Shown: positions 19,609 through 28,908 of the stretch, one piece after another | Layout of the letters: the number at the start of each line of letters is the position of its first letter | Numbering within the stretch: position 1 is the first letter of the stretch | Source: Candidatus Methylacidiphilaceae bacterium | GTDB lineage: Bacteria; Verrucomicrobiota; Verrucomicrobiia; Methylacidiphilales; Methylacidiphilaceae | Length of the DNA stretch: 64,000 bases | Assembly (NCBI GenBank): GCA_050179015.1 | Contig: JBFXFN010000004.1 | Coordinates: 1,800-65,799, forward strand | Reading direction: 5' to 3' | Made by a program: the position numbers and the translations under genes | The notes under the pieces: generated by a model | Told to the model about the DNA's origin: nothing | Database searches by the model: none | The model's input: the letters and a program-made list of their open reading frames with translations, nothing else

Positions 19609-20739
19609 TTAACGGCGACCTTCGGCCCGGGCGACCTTTTTGAGAACGGAGTATTCTTCGAGAACCTTCCCGGTCCCCTCGGCGACCGCGCTCAACGGAT
19701 CCTCGGCAACATGGACCGGCAGGGAAGTCTCCTCGGTTAGAAGACGGTCTAGGCCGCGCAGCAGGGCGCCACCTCCCGCCAAAACCACCCCTCGCTCGAG
19801 AAGATCGGCCGAAAGTTCCGGAGGGCAACGTTCCAGGGTGATTCGGACCGACTCCACGATCACCGACATGGGCTCCATCATCGCTTCCCTCACTTCCTGC
19901 GAAGTGACCGTCAATGTCTTCGGAAGTCCCGCAACCAGATCACGTCCGCGGACCTCCATCACGGTCTCCGTTTCCAGCGGGTGCGCGGAACCGATCCGCA
20001 TCTTGATCTCCTCCGCCGTCCGCTCGCCGATCATCAAGTTGTAGGCTCGCCGGAGGTAGTTTGAAATGCTCTCGTCGAGCTCGTCGCCCGCTACGCGGAC
20101 GCTGCGGGAATAGACGATGCCGGAAAGGGAGATGATGGCTACCTCCGTTGTCCCTCCGCCGATGTCGACGATCATATTACCCGAAGCCTCATGAATGGGG
20201 AGGCCGACTCCGATAGCGGCTGCCATTGGCTCTTCGACCAGATAGACCTCCCGAGCCCCGGCATGCCGGGCGGATTCTTCGACGGCCCGTCTCTCGACTT
20301 CGGTAATTCCGCTCGGCACTGCGATGACAATCCGGGGTCGCCGGAAAGAAATCCTCGCTTGGGTCTTCCGGATGAAAGCTTTGAGCATTTCTTCGGTGAG
20401 TTGGAAGTCCGCGATGACTCCATCCCTCATCGGGCGGATCGCCTGAATGTTTCCAGGGGTGCGACCCAGCATCCGCTTGGCCTCTGCCCCGACAGCCACC
20501 ACTTGTTTGGTCGATTGATGCACGGCGACCACCGAGGGCTCCCGCAAGACGATGCCCCTGCCGCGGATATATACCAAGGTGTTTGCCGTTCCCAGGTCGA
20601 TGCCGATGTCATTGTTGAGCGCGGAGGACGCCCATTCCCATGAGCGTGTCGACGAGCCCCGGGGCTGGTTGCTGCGTTCCGGAAGAGACGGCTCTTCCGT
20701 CGCGGAAGTAGCGGCGCTTAGTAGAGGAGGATTGTTCAC
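19609..20739 (-). CDS. mreB: actin-like rod shape-determining protein MreB (start codon uncertain)
   Basis: The product has [33 protein letters not shown] and [14 protein letters not shown], the actin/HSP70 fold phosphate and adenosine motifs. The nearest in-frame start upstream of the core is GTG at 20739. The ORF is open up to 20958. Confidence 0.88.
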   Translation of the reverse strand: MNNPPLLSAATSATEEPSLPERSNQPRGSSTRSWEWASSALNNDIGIDLGTANTLVYIRGRGIVLREPSVVAVHQSTKQVVAVGAEAKRMLGRTPGNIQAIRPMRDGVIADFQLTEEMLKAFIRKTQARISFRRPRIVIAVPSGITEVERRAVEESARHAGAREVYLVEEPMAAAIGVGLPIHEASGNMIVDIGGGTTEVAIISLSGIVYSRSVRVAGDELDESISNYLRRAYNLMIGERTAEEIKMRIGSAHPLETETVMEVRGRDLVAGLPKTLTVTSQEVREAMMEPMSVIVESVRITLERCPPELSADLLERGVVLAGGGALLRGLDRLLTEETSLPVHVAEDPLSAVAEGTGKVLEEYSVLKKVARAEGRR

Positions 20740-20884
20740 GATCGCAGCGGTAGCTTGAAAAAAAATGGGGAGGATTGCTAGAAAAAAGGGAGGTCTAAGT
20801 AAATCCGCCTCGCGTGGCCTGCGCAGTTCTTCCCTTAGGAAGCATTCCCTCCCTCGCAGGAGAACGGAGAAACTGAGTATTGCC

Positions 20885-21646
20885 ATGGAAAGTCTAGACG
20901 AGTCAAGACACGGTGGAGACGAAGGGCGGCCGCAAGGTCCGTGGATCGTTGGAACCATAACGACGGCTTCGGGCTTGTCCTTTCTAAAGACTGCGCTATC
21001 GCCGGCTCATCTGGTCGAAGTTCGGCTCGATGCCCTACTCGAAGCCGGAGTCCCCCTCCGGGAAGTGCATGCCCATCTGGCCGAGCGTACTCAGCCCGCA
21101 CTTTTGACGCTGCGCTCGCCGGACGAAGGAGGACGGCGGCAATGGGCGGGAGGGGAAAGAGAGAGGATTCTCGATGAACTCTCTCCCGTTGCCGATGTGC
21201 TCGATGTGGAATACCGCTCTCTTCCCCAATTGCGGGAATGGTGGGAGCGCGCTCGATTGGAGGGGAGGCGGAGGATTCTCTCCACTCATTGGCTCGAGGG
21301 CAGCCCAGGCGAGGGCCGGGTTCTGGAGCACTGCTCCCTACTGGAGAGCGCAGCGCCCGACTGGGCGAAGATTGCTCTGCGGCTTCGCGCACCGGAGGAT
21401 CTTCGAACGCTGGCGCGGGTGTTGCTCGAACGTCGATCGCAAGCTTGGGCTCTCATGGGTATTGGTTCCTGGGGTGGCCTCTCCCGCATTGTCCTATCGG
21501 CCCTGGGAAGCGCGCTGGCATACGGCTACCTGGATCTGCCGGGGGCTGCGGGTCAACCTTCAGTCGATGAACTAGTCAACGGCTTTCGCTGCGTCGGGTT
21601 GGCGCCGTCCTCCGACCGGAGAATGATGCGGGCCCCTAGGCGGTAA
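20885..21646 (+). CDS. aroD: type I 3-dehydroquinate dehydratase-like protein
   Basis: From Met41 of ORF 20765..21646 the sequence [11 protein letters not shown]...[11 protein letters not shown]...[11 protein letters not shown]...ILSTH resembles AroD type I blocks. The match is divergent and the 3' end overlaps ndh convergently. Confidence 0.6.
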   Translation: MESLDESRHGGDEGRPQGPWIVGTITTASGLSFLKTALSPAHLVEVRLDALLEAGVPLREVHAHLAERTQPALLTLRSPDEGGRRQWAGGERERILDELSPVADVLDVEYRSLPQLREWWERARLEGRRRILSTHWLEGSPGEGRVLEHCSLLESAAPDWAKIALRLRAPEDLRTLARVLLERRSQAWALMGIGSWGGLSRIVLSALGSALAYGYLDLPGAAGQPSVDELVNGFRCVGLAPSSDRRMMRAPRR

Positions 21647-22866
21647 GTCAGGTAGGACCAGGTCCACTGAAAGAGGACGACGGCCTTGTTCCGAAATCCG
21701 ATCAAAAAGACCAGATGGATCGCCAGCCAGGCCAGCCAAGCGATCGGGCCGTCGAAGGCCGCATTTCCGATCCAGACGACGGCGGCCGCCCGCCCAATCG
21801 TGGCCATCATCCCCTTGTTCCGATAGGAGAAGGGTTGGCGTCTCTCTGGAGGGAGAGCGCCGGCGGAAATCTCGCGCGCCACCAGGTTCGCGACATGCCG
21901 CCCCATTTGCATGGCGGCGGGGGCAATGGCCGGAACGCCCGGGATGGAAACCATGTCGCCGATCGCAAAAACGTTGGCATGCCCGGGAAGACTCAGATCT
22001 GGAAGCACCGAGAGCCGCCCCGTCCGATCATGTGGTGCGGGCAGTGCAGCGGTCAGCGGGTGGGGGCCGATCCCTGCCCCCCAAAGAATATTGGCGCAGC
22101 GGATCGTCTCCGTGGCAAGCGTTACGAAGCCATCGCCAAGATCCTGAACGGGGCTCGAGAGTCGAACGTCAACTCCGAGAGCCCGCAGTCTTTTTTCCGC
22201 ATGCGTTCCCAGCTTTTCCGGAAATTGTGCCAGGAGACGAGGCCCGCCCTCGATCAGCAGGATGCGCGCCTTTGTCGGATCGATGTGGCGAAAGTCCCGG
22301 CGGAGCACATGACGAGCCAGTTCGGCGATAGCGCCCGCTAGCTCGACTCCGGTCGGGCCACCTCCAACGACCACCACCGTGAGAAGCTCCTCTCGTCGAC
22401 CCGGGTCTTCCGTGCATTCGGCCTCCTCGAAAGCTAGGAGGAGTTGGTCGCGGATGCGGTGGGCGTCGGAAAGGCTTTTGAGACCCGCGGCGGGCCCGCT
22501 CCAAGCTTTTCGGCCGAAGTAACTGGTCACGGCCCCCAGTGATAGGATGAGATAATCATAGCTGAGAGAACTTCCTTCCAGCAGGACCTTTCGCTTTTCG
22601 AGATCGAAGCCCCGAATCAGATCCATATGGACGGTGATTTGCGGATAGCGTCGGAGGATCGAGCGAATCGGTACCGCGATGTCCGGACCCGAAAGCCCTG
22701 CGGTGGCCACTTGATAGAGTAACGGCTGGAAGAGGTGATAATTTTCCTTGTCGATGAGGAGGACCTCGCCCGGCAGATGGCATCGCGATAGCCGTTCTCC
22801 GATGGCCCTAGCTGCGGTCAGGCCGCCGAAGCCGGCCCCACAGATCACGATGCGCGGGGAGCTCAT
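21553..22866 (-). CDS. ndh: type II NADH dehydrogenase (NDH-2)
   Basis: The product starts MSSPRIVICGAGFGGLTAA (FAD GxGxxG), has a second Rossmann motif VVVGGGPTGVELAG, contains GDMVS, and ends in a C-terminal membrane-association segment. Confidence 0.88.
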   Translation of the reverse strand: MSSPRIVICGAGFGGLTAARAIGERLSRCHLPGEVLLIDKENYHLFQPLLYQVATAGLSGPDIAVPIRSILRRYPQITVHMDLIRGFDLEKRKVLLEGSSLSYDYLILSLGAVTSYFGRKAWSGPAAGLKSLSDAHRIRDQLLLAFEEAECTEDPGRREELLTVVVVGGGPTGVELAGAIAELARHVLRRDFRHIDPTKARILLIEGGPRLLAQFPEKLGTHAEKRLRALGVDVRLSSPVQDLGDGFVTLATETIRCANILWGAGIGPHPLTAALPAPHDRTGRLSVLPDLSLPGHANVFAIGDMVSIPGVPAIAPAAMQMGRHVANLVAREISAGALPPERRQPFSYRNKGMMATIGRAAAVVWIGNAAFDGPIAWLAWLAIHLVFLIGFRNKAVVLFQWTWSYLTYRLGARIILRSEDGANPTQRKPLTSSSTEG

Positions 22867-22967
22867 AAAAAGGGTCTCTTTGCCGGCGGCCGCTTCCCGT
22901 GCACCGTCGGCTCATTACACTTCCTTCCGTACACAAAGATATGCCGGAGCGCCGCCGAGCCAAGCGG

Positions 22968-24437
22968 CTATAAGCCTTGCCAGAAGAGGTTGATGGGTAG
23001 GAAGCTGTCCGCCCGCACAACGATCTCTGTTTTCGCGTAGGCGGAAATCGAGAACGGGAAGAGGCTCCAGTATTCCTGGCCTCCTTCTTCCGTGACCAGC
23101 CATAGAAAATGATGGCCGACCTGGAATCGTCCGTTTTCATCGAGACGGCGCCACTCGAAGCGCCCATCCGGGCCGATGGGAATCGTCGTGATAATCGAGC
23201 GTCGAGGAAGCTGGAGCAGCTGCTTTTGGAAATTGGCTCGCGCGGTCTCGGCTTGTGCCGTTGCGGCGGAAAGCTCGTTTTGATTTGCCGTAAACTCGTG
23301 TTGGAGAGGCAGCATCTCCTCTTCGGATTCCGTGATTCGTCCCTCGATAAGCGAGATCTGATTGCGAATGTCCGCTACCTTTGGCGCAACCTGCGCCTGG
23401 AACTCTTCAGTCTTCTTTTTCAGCGCCTGTTGCTTCTGCTCGTAAGCGCTTTGAAATTGGTGCCAGACCTGCAAGCCCTCCTCCGCCCACTTTCGCTCCT
23501 CCGTCACGTTTACGGAGGGAGGGGCGGAGTAGAGGGCGAGCTCGTAGGCATTGGCCCACGCTTCAGGCACGTGGACCGAGACGTCTTTCATCGTGACCGG
23601 CAGTCCGATCTGCTTGCTCCGCTCCTCAAAGGTGGATTCGATATGCGAGGCTATCGCATCATATTCTCGTTCCAGGGCGGCTCCCTCGGTTGCCCAGAGT
23701 TCCTTCCCCTTCTCTTGGGCCTCCTTGCCGAGGCTCTTCAACTCCTCCTCCGCCGCATGGAGCTGCTCTTTCAACAGATGGATGCGCTCTTGCTGGGCGG
23801 CTAGGTCGGATCGCACGCGCCGCAAGTTGTTTTCGGCGCTTTCAACCGTTTGCCGATAGGGTTCCACCGAGCTTCCGAAATCCCGTTGCAAGGCGCGGAC
23901 GTCTCCTGAAAAGTCGTAGACCACATACGCCTTGGTCGGCAGGGGAAGCTTGCCGGGAAAAATTTGCCCTTCCACCCGGGTTTCTCGCAGCGAGTAGTAG
24001 GTGCCAAAACCCGTCGCGGCTACGGCGCTGTAGAAGAGCAACCGGGCGAAGACGGCTAGCCATAGGCCCGCCCGAACACCGGTCTTCTCCGCCTTCTCTT
24101 CCTCGCCCAGCACCTCTGCGCGAAACTCCTCGTCGGAGACAGCGGTTGATTTCCGGGTTCCGAAGGATTCCTCTTCCCAAGCAGCTGGAGCGGAGCGCGG
24201 ATTGGCGTTCGGGGAGGGGCCGGCGTGGCCGGGAGGTGGCTTGCTTTTCGTTTCGGGCTCTTTGGGAACCGATCCGGACAAGGCACGGGGTGGACGGTGA
24301 GTTCCCTTCCCAGCCGCCATCCAAGGAGGACCTTTGCTTCTTGGTCCGCGACGGGAGGCGAGAGTAGGCCGGGCGTTTGCGCCCCCGGATGTCTCCGAAT
24401 CGAAAGATGGATCCCCCTTGCCGGATCGAGTGCTCAT
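22968..24437 (-). CDS. hypothetical membrane-anchored coiled-coil protein
   Basis: The start is Met78 of ORF 22968..24668, whose ATG overlaps the upstream stop (ATGA). The first ~125 aa or so are low-complexity, basic and Pro-rich. One TM segment follows (GLWLAVFARLLFYSAVAATGFGTYY), then about 250 aa of heptad-like Glu/Lys/Gln-rich sequence and a small C-terminal domain. I recognise no family. Confidence 0.6.
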   Translation of the reverse strand: MSTRSGKGDPSFDSETSGGANARPTLASRRGPRSKGPPWMAAGKGTHRPPRALSGSVPKEPETKSKPPPGHAGPSPNANPRSAPAAWEEESFGTRKSTAVSDEEFRAEVLGEEEKAEKTGVRAGLWLAVFARLLFYSAVAATGFGTYYSLRETRVEGQIFPGKLPLPTKAYVVYDFSGDVRALQRDFGSSVEPYRQTVESAENNLRRVRSDLAAQQERIHLLKEQLHAAEEELKSLGKEAQEKGKELWATEGAALEREYDAIASHIESTFEERSKQIGLPVTMKDVSVHVPEAWANAYELALYSAPPSVNVTEERKWAEEGLQVWHQFQSAYEQKQQALKKKTEEFQAQVAPKVADIRNQISLIEGRITESEEEMLPLQHEFTANQNELSAATAQAETARANFQKQLLQLPRRSIITTIPIGPDGRFEWRRLDENGRFQVGHHFLWLVTEEGGQEYWSLFPFSISAYAKTEIVVRADSFLPINLFWQGL

Positions 24438-25303
24438 AAGCGGGCGGCTAACGATACAGGGTAAGCCCCTAAGTGCACGATCCAAGCGGAATCTCCGCAG
24501 ATCTCCAGGCAGCCCGCTCGCAGCGTCTCCAGGGGAGGAGGATCGAACGTTTCCCATAGGCAAAGAAGAGCGCCCTCCGGCGACCATTCGGTCCCGGCGC
24601 ATGCGCAGGTTCGCTGCCAGCAGCCACCGAAGCGGTGGCGCCATCGGCCGATCGCTTCGGGCGAGCATCCCGCCATGAGAAAGACGGCTTTTTGAGTGAG
24701 CGAACAGTCCGGCAAACCGCGCGGCTCCGCTGCCAGCCAGACGATGTAGAAACCGGCGCGCCTCATCGAGCGGTTTGCGAGGTGGTAGGGCAGATCGATC
24801 TCGCCGCAGACCGCGAAGGGGGATTGGGTGTCGGGCCTGTGCGGCAGAGAGAGGAAAAGGTCGAGCAACCTCCGTTTGGGAAGCACAAGAAGATCGATCG
24901 CTTCTTCGGCCAGTAGCCGCCGGCCCTCCTCCGTGGAACGGACCGCTCGGTACTGGTCGGACGCGCCAAAACGCCTAAGGGCGGCCAACAGGCTTGCCGC
25001 TCCTCCGCAGCAGCCAATTCGGAGGACGCCTTGCTGGGCACGCGAACTCGAGAAGATTTCTTGGAAGATCGCTCGGATCCCTGAAGCGGAGAGAGAGCCG
25101 GTATTCTGCTCAATTAGATCCGCGACCACTTCTTCTTCGCGAATCGGATCGAAAATAAGCTGCGCTTTCCGGCGCTTTCGCTCTCCGATTCTTTTCGCCA
25201 CATCCATTCTCCGGTTGAGGAGGGTCAGAAGCTGACGATCCATCTCGTCGAGACTTCGGCGCAGCCGATCGATCTCCGCCTTTTGGGCGCGTTCAGGATT
25301 CAT
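24434..25303 (-). CDS. chorismate mutase fused to a short, divergent prephenate dehydratase/ACT-like region
   Basis: The N-terminal EIDRLRRSLDEMDRQLLTLLNRRMDVAKRIGERK is an AroQ-type CM_2 helix pattern. The C-terminus ends ...IVHLGAYPV, like the P-protein ACT end (LGSYP). The middle region is only about 110 aa and lacks recognisable PDT catalytic blocks. Confidence 0.65.
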   Translation of the reverse strand: MNPERAQKAEIDRLRRSLDEMDRQLLTLLNRRMDVAKRIGERKRRKAQLIFDPIREEEVVADLIEQNTGSLSASGIRAIFQEIFSSSRAQQGVLRIGCCGGAASLLAALRRFGASDQYRAVRSTEEGRRLLAEEAIDLLVLPKRRLLDLFLSLPHRPDTQSPFAVCGEIDLPYHLANRSMRRAGFYIVWLAAEPRGLPDCSLTQKAVFLMAGCSPEAIGRWRHRFGGCWQRTCACAGTEWSPEGALLCLWETFDPPPLETLRAGCLEICGDSAWIVHLGAYPVSLAARL

Positions 25304-25498
25304 GGGAAGCTTCCCGCTGCGCCGCAAGGGAGAGCTCGACTACCTCGATCTCCCGCTCGCGGACCGGAAGGCAGAGCAGAGGCAGCGGGTCTTCACAAAT
25401 CGGGAGCGCTGCCCGACAGACTGCCTCGACCGCGATCGGATTTCTCGGCGCGTCCATCTCGCTACGGTCGTGCTCCAGCCCCTTGCTTAGCTCTATAC

Positions 25499-26461
25499 CT
25501 AGAGTAGACCAACGGCCTTTCGCGCCGCCTCCAATGTTGGAGCTGCCGCTGCCCGCGCCGTGTGAGCGCCTGCTTCCAAAATCTCATCCACGAGGCTCGG
25601 CTGCCGTTTCAACTCCTCATAACGTTCACGATAAGGAGCCAAAAAACGTTCGAACTTGGCGAGAAGCTCCTTCTTGAGGGCTGCGTAACCGACTCCTCCT
25701 CGTCGCATCGATGCGACAAATTCCTCCAATTCCTGCGGCTGGCTGACCAGTCGATAGAGGGAGACCAGCACCGAGCCGGCGATCGGCTTCGGCTCTCCGG
25801 CGGGCGTCGAGTCGGTGCGAATGGCCATCACCCGCCTGCGGAACTCTTCCCATTCGCCGAAGAGTTCGAGGGTGTTTCCGTAGGACTTCGACATCTTTTG
25901 CCCGTCGATTCCCGGAATTGCGGCGAGGCCCTCCTCGATATCTTCCTTTGGAATCACAAACACGGGTCCAAAGGCTTGGTTGAACTTCACGGCCAGATCG
26001 CGAGTCACTTCCAGATGCTGTTTCTGATCGATTCCCACCGGAACGATATCCGCCTGATAAAGCAGGATGTCGGCCGCCATGAGGACCGGATAGGCAAAAA
26101 GGGCATGGGTCGGGGAGACTCCCTTGGCGAGCTTGTCCTTGTAACTGTGGCATCTTTCCAAGAGGCCGACGGGCGTCACCGCAGAAAGGAGCCAAGCGAG
26201 CTCCATGACTTCCGGTACCGCGCTCTGTCGGAAAAAGACCGTTCGCTTCGGATCGAGCCCGCATGCCAAAAATGCCAAGGCCGCTTCCCGGATATTCCGG
26301 CGCAAGGCTTCGGGGTCGCTCACTGTGGTCAGGGCGTGAAAATCGGCTATGAAGAAGAAAGTCTCCCCCTTTTCCTGCCATCGGATTCCCCGCTGCATCA
26401 TTCCGAAGAAGTTTCCAAGATGGAGGAACCCGGAGGGCTGAATGCCAGATAGAATGCGCAT
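25499..26461 (-). CDS. trpS: tryptophanyl-tRNA synthetase
   Basis: The 320-aa product starts MRILSGIQPSGFLHLGNFFG (HIGH-type) and carries the KMSKS motif (GQKMSKSYGN). Confidence 0.94.
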   Translation of the reverse strand: MRILSGIQPSGFLHLGNFFGMMQRGIRWQEKGETFFFIADFHALTTVSDPEALRRNIREAALAFLACGLDPKRTVFFRQSAVPEVMELAWLLSAVTPVGLLERCHSYKDKLAKGVSPTHALFAYPVLMAADILLYQADIVPVGIDQKQHLEVTRDLAVKFNQAFGPVFVIPKEDIEEGLAAIPGIDGQKMSKSYGNTLELFGEWEEFRRRVMAIRTDSTPAGEPKPIAGSVLVSLYRLVSQPQELEEFVASMRRGGVGYAALKKELLAKFERFLAPYRERYEELKRQPSLVDEILEAGAHTARAAAAPTLEAARKAVGLL

Positions 26462-26541
26462 GAACGATGGATTTTATCGCGATCGCCGGAGAGCCTGTCC
26501 AAGTGGAATTTGCGGCATCTCCTGCCTTGCCCGCATTGTCG

Positions 26542-27027
26542 TCACCAGCGAGCTTTCCGGTGCGCGCGACCTAAGGCTTCTGCCAAGTTTTCGTGCTGTT
26601 CCGCTAGTACGGAAGAGAGCCATTCGGGCGAGGAGCACCAGGCGCCGAGCGCTTCTACGGAGCGACGTTCCCCTTGATCCGCCGTAACCACAGTCAACCG
26701 CTCTCGATCCTTCCGCCCGGCTACGATGGCCTCGATCAGGGAGTCGGCCGTGCAATCGGGCGAGGAATAGGTGACGGTCATGTCGCCCGGTGAGGACCCG
26801 ATTCCCCGGGGTCCAGACCGGTAGCGCCCGTCGAAAACAAGGATCACCGACCATGCCCCCGAGTCGTGCATCTGCTGCAGCCGCTCGGTGAGAAGGCGGC
26901 GAGCCTGACTGGGCGAATGTGCGTGCAGCTCTCGCAATTCTTTCCATGCGAAAATCACGCTGTGACCGTCGACGACCAGCGCCGGAGCGGAGGAATGCTC
27001 CCGAGCGATGGCAGCCTTGGTTTTCAT
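26542..27027 (-). CDS. YacP-like NYN domain protein (predicted RNase)
   Basis: The 161-aa product has LVVDGHSVIF...VILVFDG...VTYSSPDCTADSLIE...VVTAD, the pattern of the NYN_YacP family. Confidence 0.7.
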   Translation of the reverse strand: MKTKAAIAREHSSAPALVVDGHSVIFAWKELRELHAHSPSQARRLLTERLQQMHDSGAWSVILVFDGRYRSGPRGIGSSPGDMTVTYSSPDCTADSLIEAIVAGRKDRERLTVVTADQGERRSVEALGAWCSSPEWLSSVLAEQHENLAEALGRAHRKARW

Positions 27028-27031
27028 CTCT

Positions 27032-27298
27032 TCACTTCTTTGCCGGCTTAGTCTCGGTCGCCACGGCTCTCTCGCGCCTTCTCTTCAGATAAGCCTTGCG
27101 GCGTTTCCGCTTTTCGCACTTATTCCACTGTTTACTCACGATAATCGTTAGTGGGCGCAACGCCACCCACTCTGTCAAGGCCCAACTGCTTAAGTCACCT
27201 TGGTTCTCGGCCTGGAAACGGATGCCGAATGCTTTATCGCTTGAAAGGAGCGTGGGTTTCCGCTCAACTTCACCGACAAGTTCGGAAGATTGACTCAA
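27032..27298 (-). CDS. hypothetical small protein with highly basic C-terminus
   Basis: This 88-aa ORF ends 4 nt before the NYN gene start. Its C-terminal KCEKRKRRKAYLKRRRERAVATETKPAKK is highly basic. I recognise no family, and coding status is uncertain. Confidence 0.35.
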   Translation of the reverse strand: MSQSSELVGEVERKPTLLSSDKAFGIRFQAENQGDLSSWALTEWVALRPLTIIVSKQWNKCEKRKRRKAYLKRRRERAVATETKPAKK

Positions 27299-27319
27299 CG
27301 TAACGCACTCATATCACGC

Positions 27320-28873
27320 ATGAAATCCTTTTGGCAGGCCGGCGCAGGCTTGGCCGTATTCACCTATTGCCTGCTCTTTTTCTCCCTCGGCTCCTCCGCG
27401 ACCGTCCAGTCCCTCACTCTGGCGAGTCCTTCCAAACAGGCCGCGGCGACCTCTTTCTCGATCCAGGTCGATGATGCCGCGCTTCCACGGCAGGGGATAG
27501 GCCTCCTGACCAGCTTCGCCCCCATCGTTAAGAAAGTGGTCCCGAGTGTCGTGCAGATCACGACTACTCAGCGGGTAAAGGCTCCGGAAGGCTGGCCGTT
27601 TCCCTTTCCTCCCTTCTTTAACGAGCCACCGTTCCGCCGCTTTTTCGGGCCGCCGGGTGAAGAAGATCAAGGGGGACGGCGGGCTCCCTCGCAGCCTCCT
27701 CGCTCTCACCGTCAGAGCGGACTTGGATCCGGGGTGATCGTCTCGCCGGACGGCTACATCTTGACAAACAACCATGTCGTGGAAGTTGCCGAAGAGATCA
27801 AGGTCCTGGTGGGCGAGGCGAAAAAGGAGTATTCCGCAAAAGTGGTCGGGAAGGATCCCAACACCGATATTGCGCTCGTCAAGATCGAGGCGAGCGAGCT
27901 TCCTGCGGCCGTTTTTACGGATAGCGACAAGGTCGAGGTGGGGGACATCGTTCTGGCGGTAGGCAACCCGTTCGCGTTGAGTCAGACCGTGACAATGGGC
28001 ATTGTAAGCGGCAAGGGGCGGAAGGATGTCGGAATCGAGGAGTATGAGGATTTCATTCAGACCGACGCAGCGATCAACCCCGGAAATTCGGGAGGGGCTC
28101 TGGTCGATGTCGAGGGCCGGCTGGTTGGGATCAACACGGCAATCGTGAGCCCGGGCCGCATCGGCAATCTCGGCATCGGGTTCGCCGTTCCTTCGGACAT
28201 GGCACGCTACGTCATGCAAGAACTCGTGACGCACGGGAAGGTGATCCGCGGCTTTCTGGGCGTGACGATTTCGGAAGTCACTCCGGAGTTGGCCCGGGCC
28301 TTCAAGCTGCCGGAGCCGGTTGGCGCCCTGGTCGAGCAGGTGACTCCAGGCGCTCCCGCCGCCCAGGCTGGTGTCAAGGATGGGGACGTTATCATCGGAT
28401 TCAACGGACAGAAAGTGATCGATCCTCGGGTCTTTCGCTTGGCCGTGTCGCAGACTCCTCCCGGATCGAAGGTCTCCTTAAAGATCTGGCGCGACGGAAA
28501 GGAGATGACGGTGCAAACCGTTCTTAAGGAGCGGCCGAACGAACCGATCGCCGGCGGGGGCACTCCCGGAAGCTCGGAGCCGGGGTCCTTCCTTCCTGGA
28601 GTCGAGATCACCGATCTCAACAGCGCGGCACGCCAACAGTTGGAAGTTCCGGCGGAAATCCAAGGAGTCTTGGTCACCAATGTCGATCAGGATTCGCCCG
28701 CCGCCCGTCCGGGGAGGAACCAGCTGCAACCAGGCGATGTCATTCTTCAAGTCAACCATCACGCCGTTCATGCGGTTCGCGAGGCGCAGGATGCGGTGAA
28801 ATCGAGCCAGGGTGACATACTCTTGCAGGTCTGGTCGCGGGGAATGACGCGATTTGTCGTGGTGAAACGATAG
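27320..28873 (+). CDS. periplasmic serine endoprotease DegP/DegQ (HtrA family, two PDZ domains)
   Basis: From Met11 of ORF 27290..28873 there is a signal peptide. The catalytic triad context is present (TNNHVV, DIALVKI, GNSGGALV), followed by two PDZ-like regions. Confidence 0.9.
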   Translation: MKSFWQAGAGLAVFTYCLLFFSLGSSATVQSLTLASPSKQAAATSFSIQVDDAALPRQGIGLLTSFAPIVKKVVPSVVQITTTQRVKAPEGWPFPFPPFFNEPPFRRFFGPPGEEDQGGRRAPSQPPRSHRQSGLGSGVIVSPDGYILTNNHVVEVAEEIKVLVGEAKKEYSAKVVGKDPNTDIALVKIEASELPAAVFTDSDKVEVGDIVLAVGNPFALSQTVTMGIVSGKGRKDVGIEEYEDFIQTDAAINPGNSGGALVDVEGRLVGINTAIVSPGRIGNLGIGFAVPSDMARYVMQELVTHGKVIRGFLGVTISEVTPELARAFKLPEPVGALVEQVTPGAPAAQAGVKDGDVIIGFNGQKVIDPRVFRLAVSQTPPGSKVSLKIWRDGKEMTVQTVLKERPNEPIAGGGTPGSSEPGSFLPGVEITDLNSAARQQLEVPAEIQGVLVTNVDQDSPAARPGRNQLQPGDVILQVNHHAVHAVREAQDAVKSSQGDILLQVWSRGMTRFVVVKR

Positions 28874-28908
28874 GAAGCGCCAGGCAGGAACGAGGAAAAG
28901 ACCGAGGA

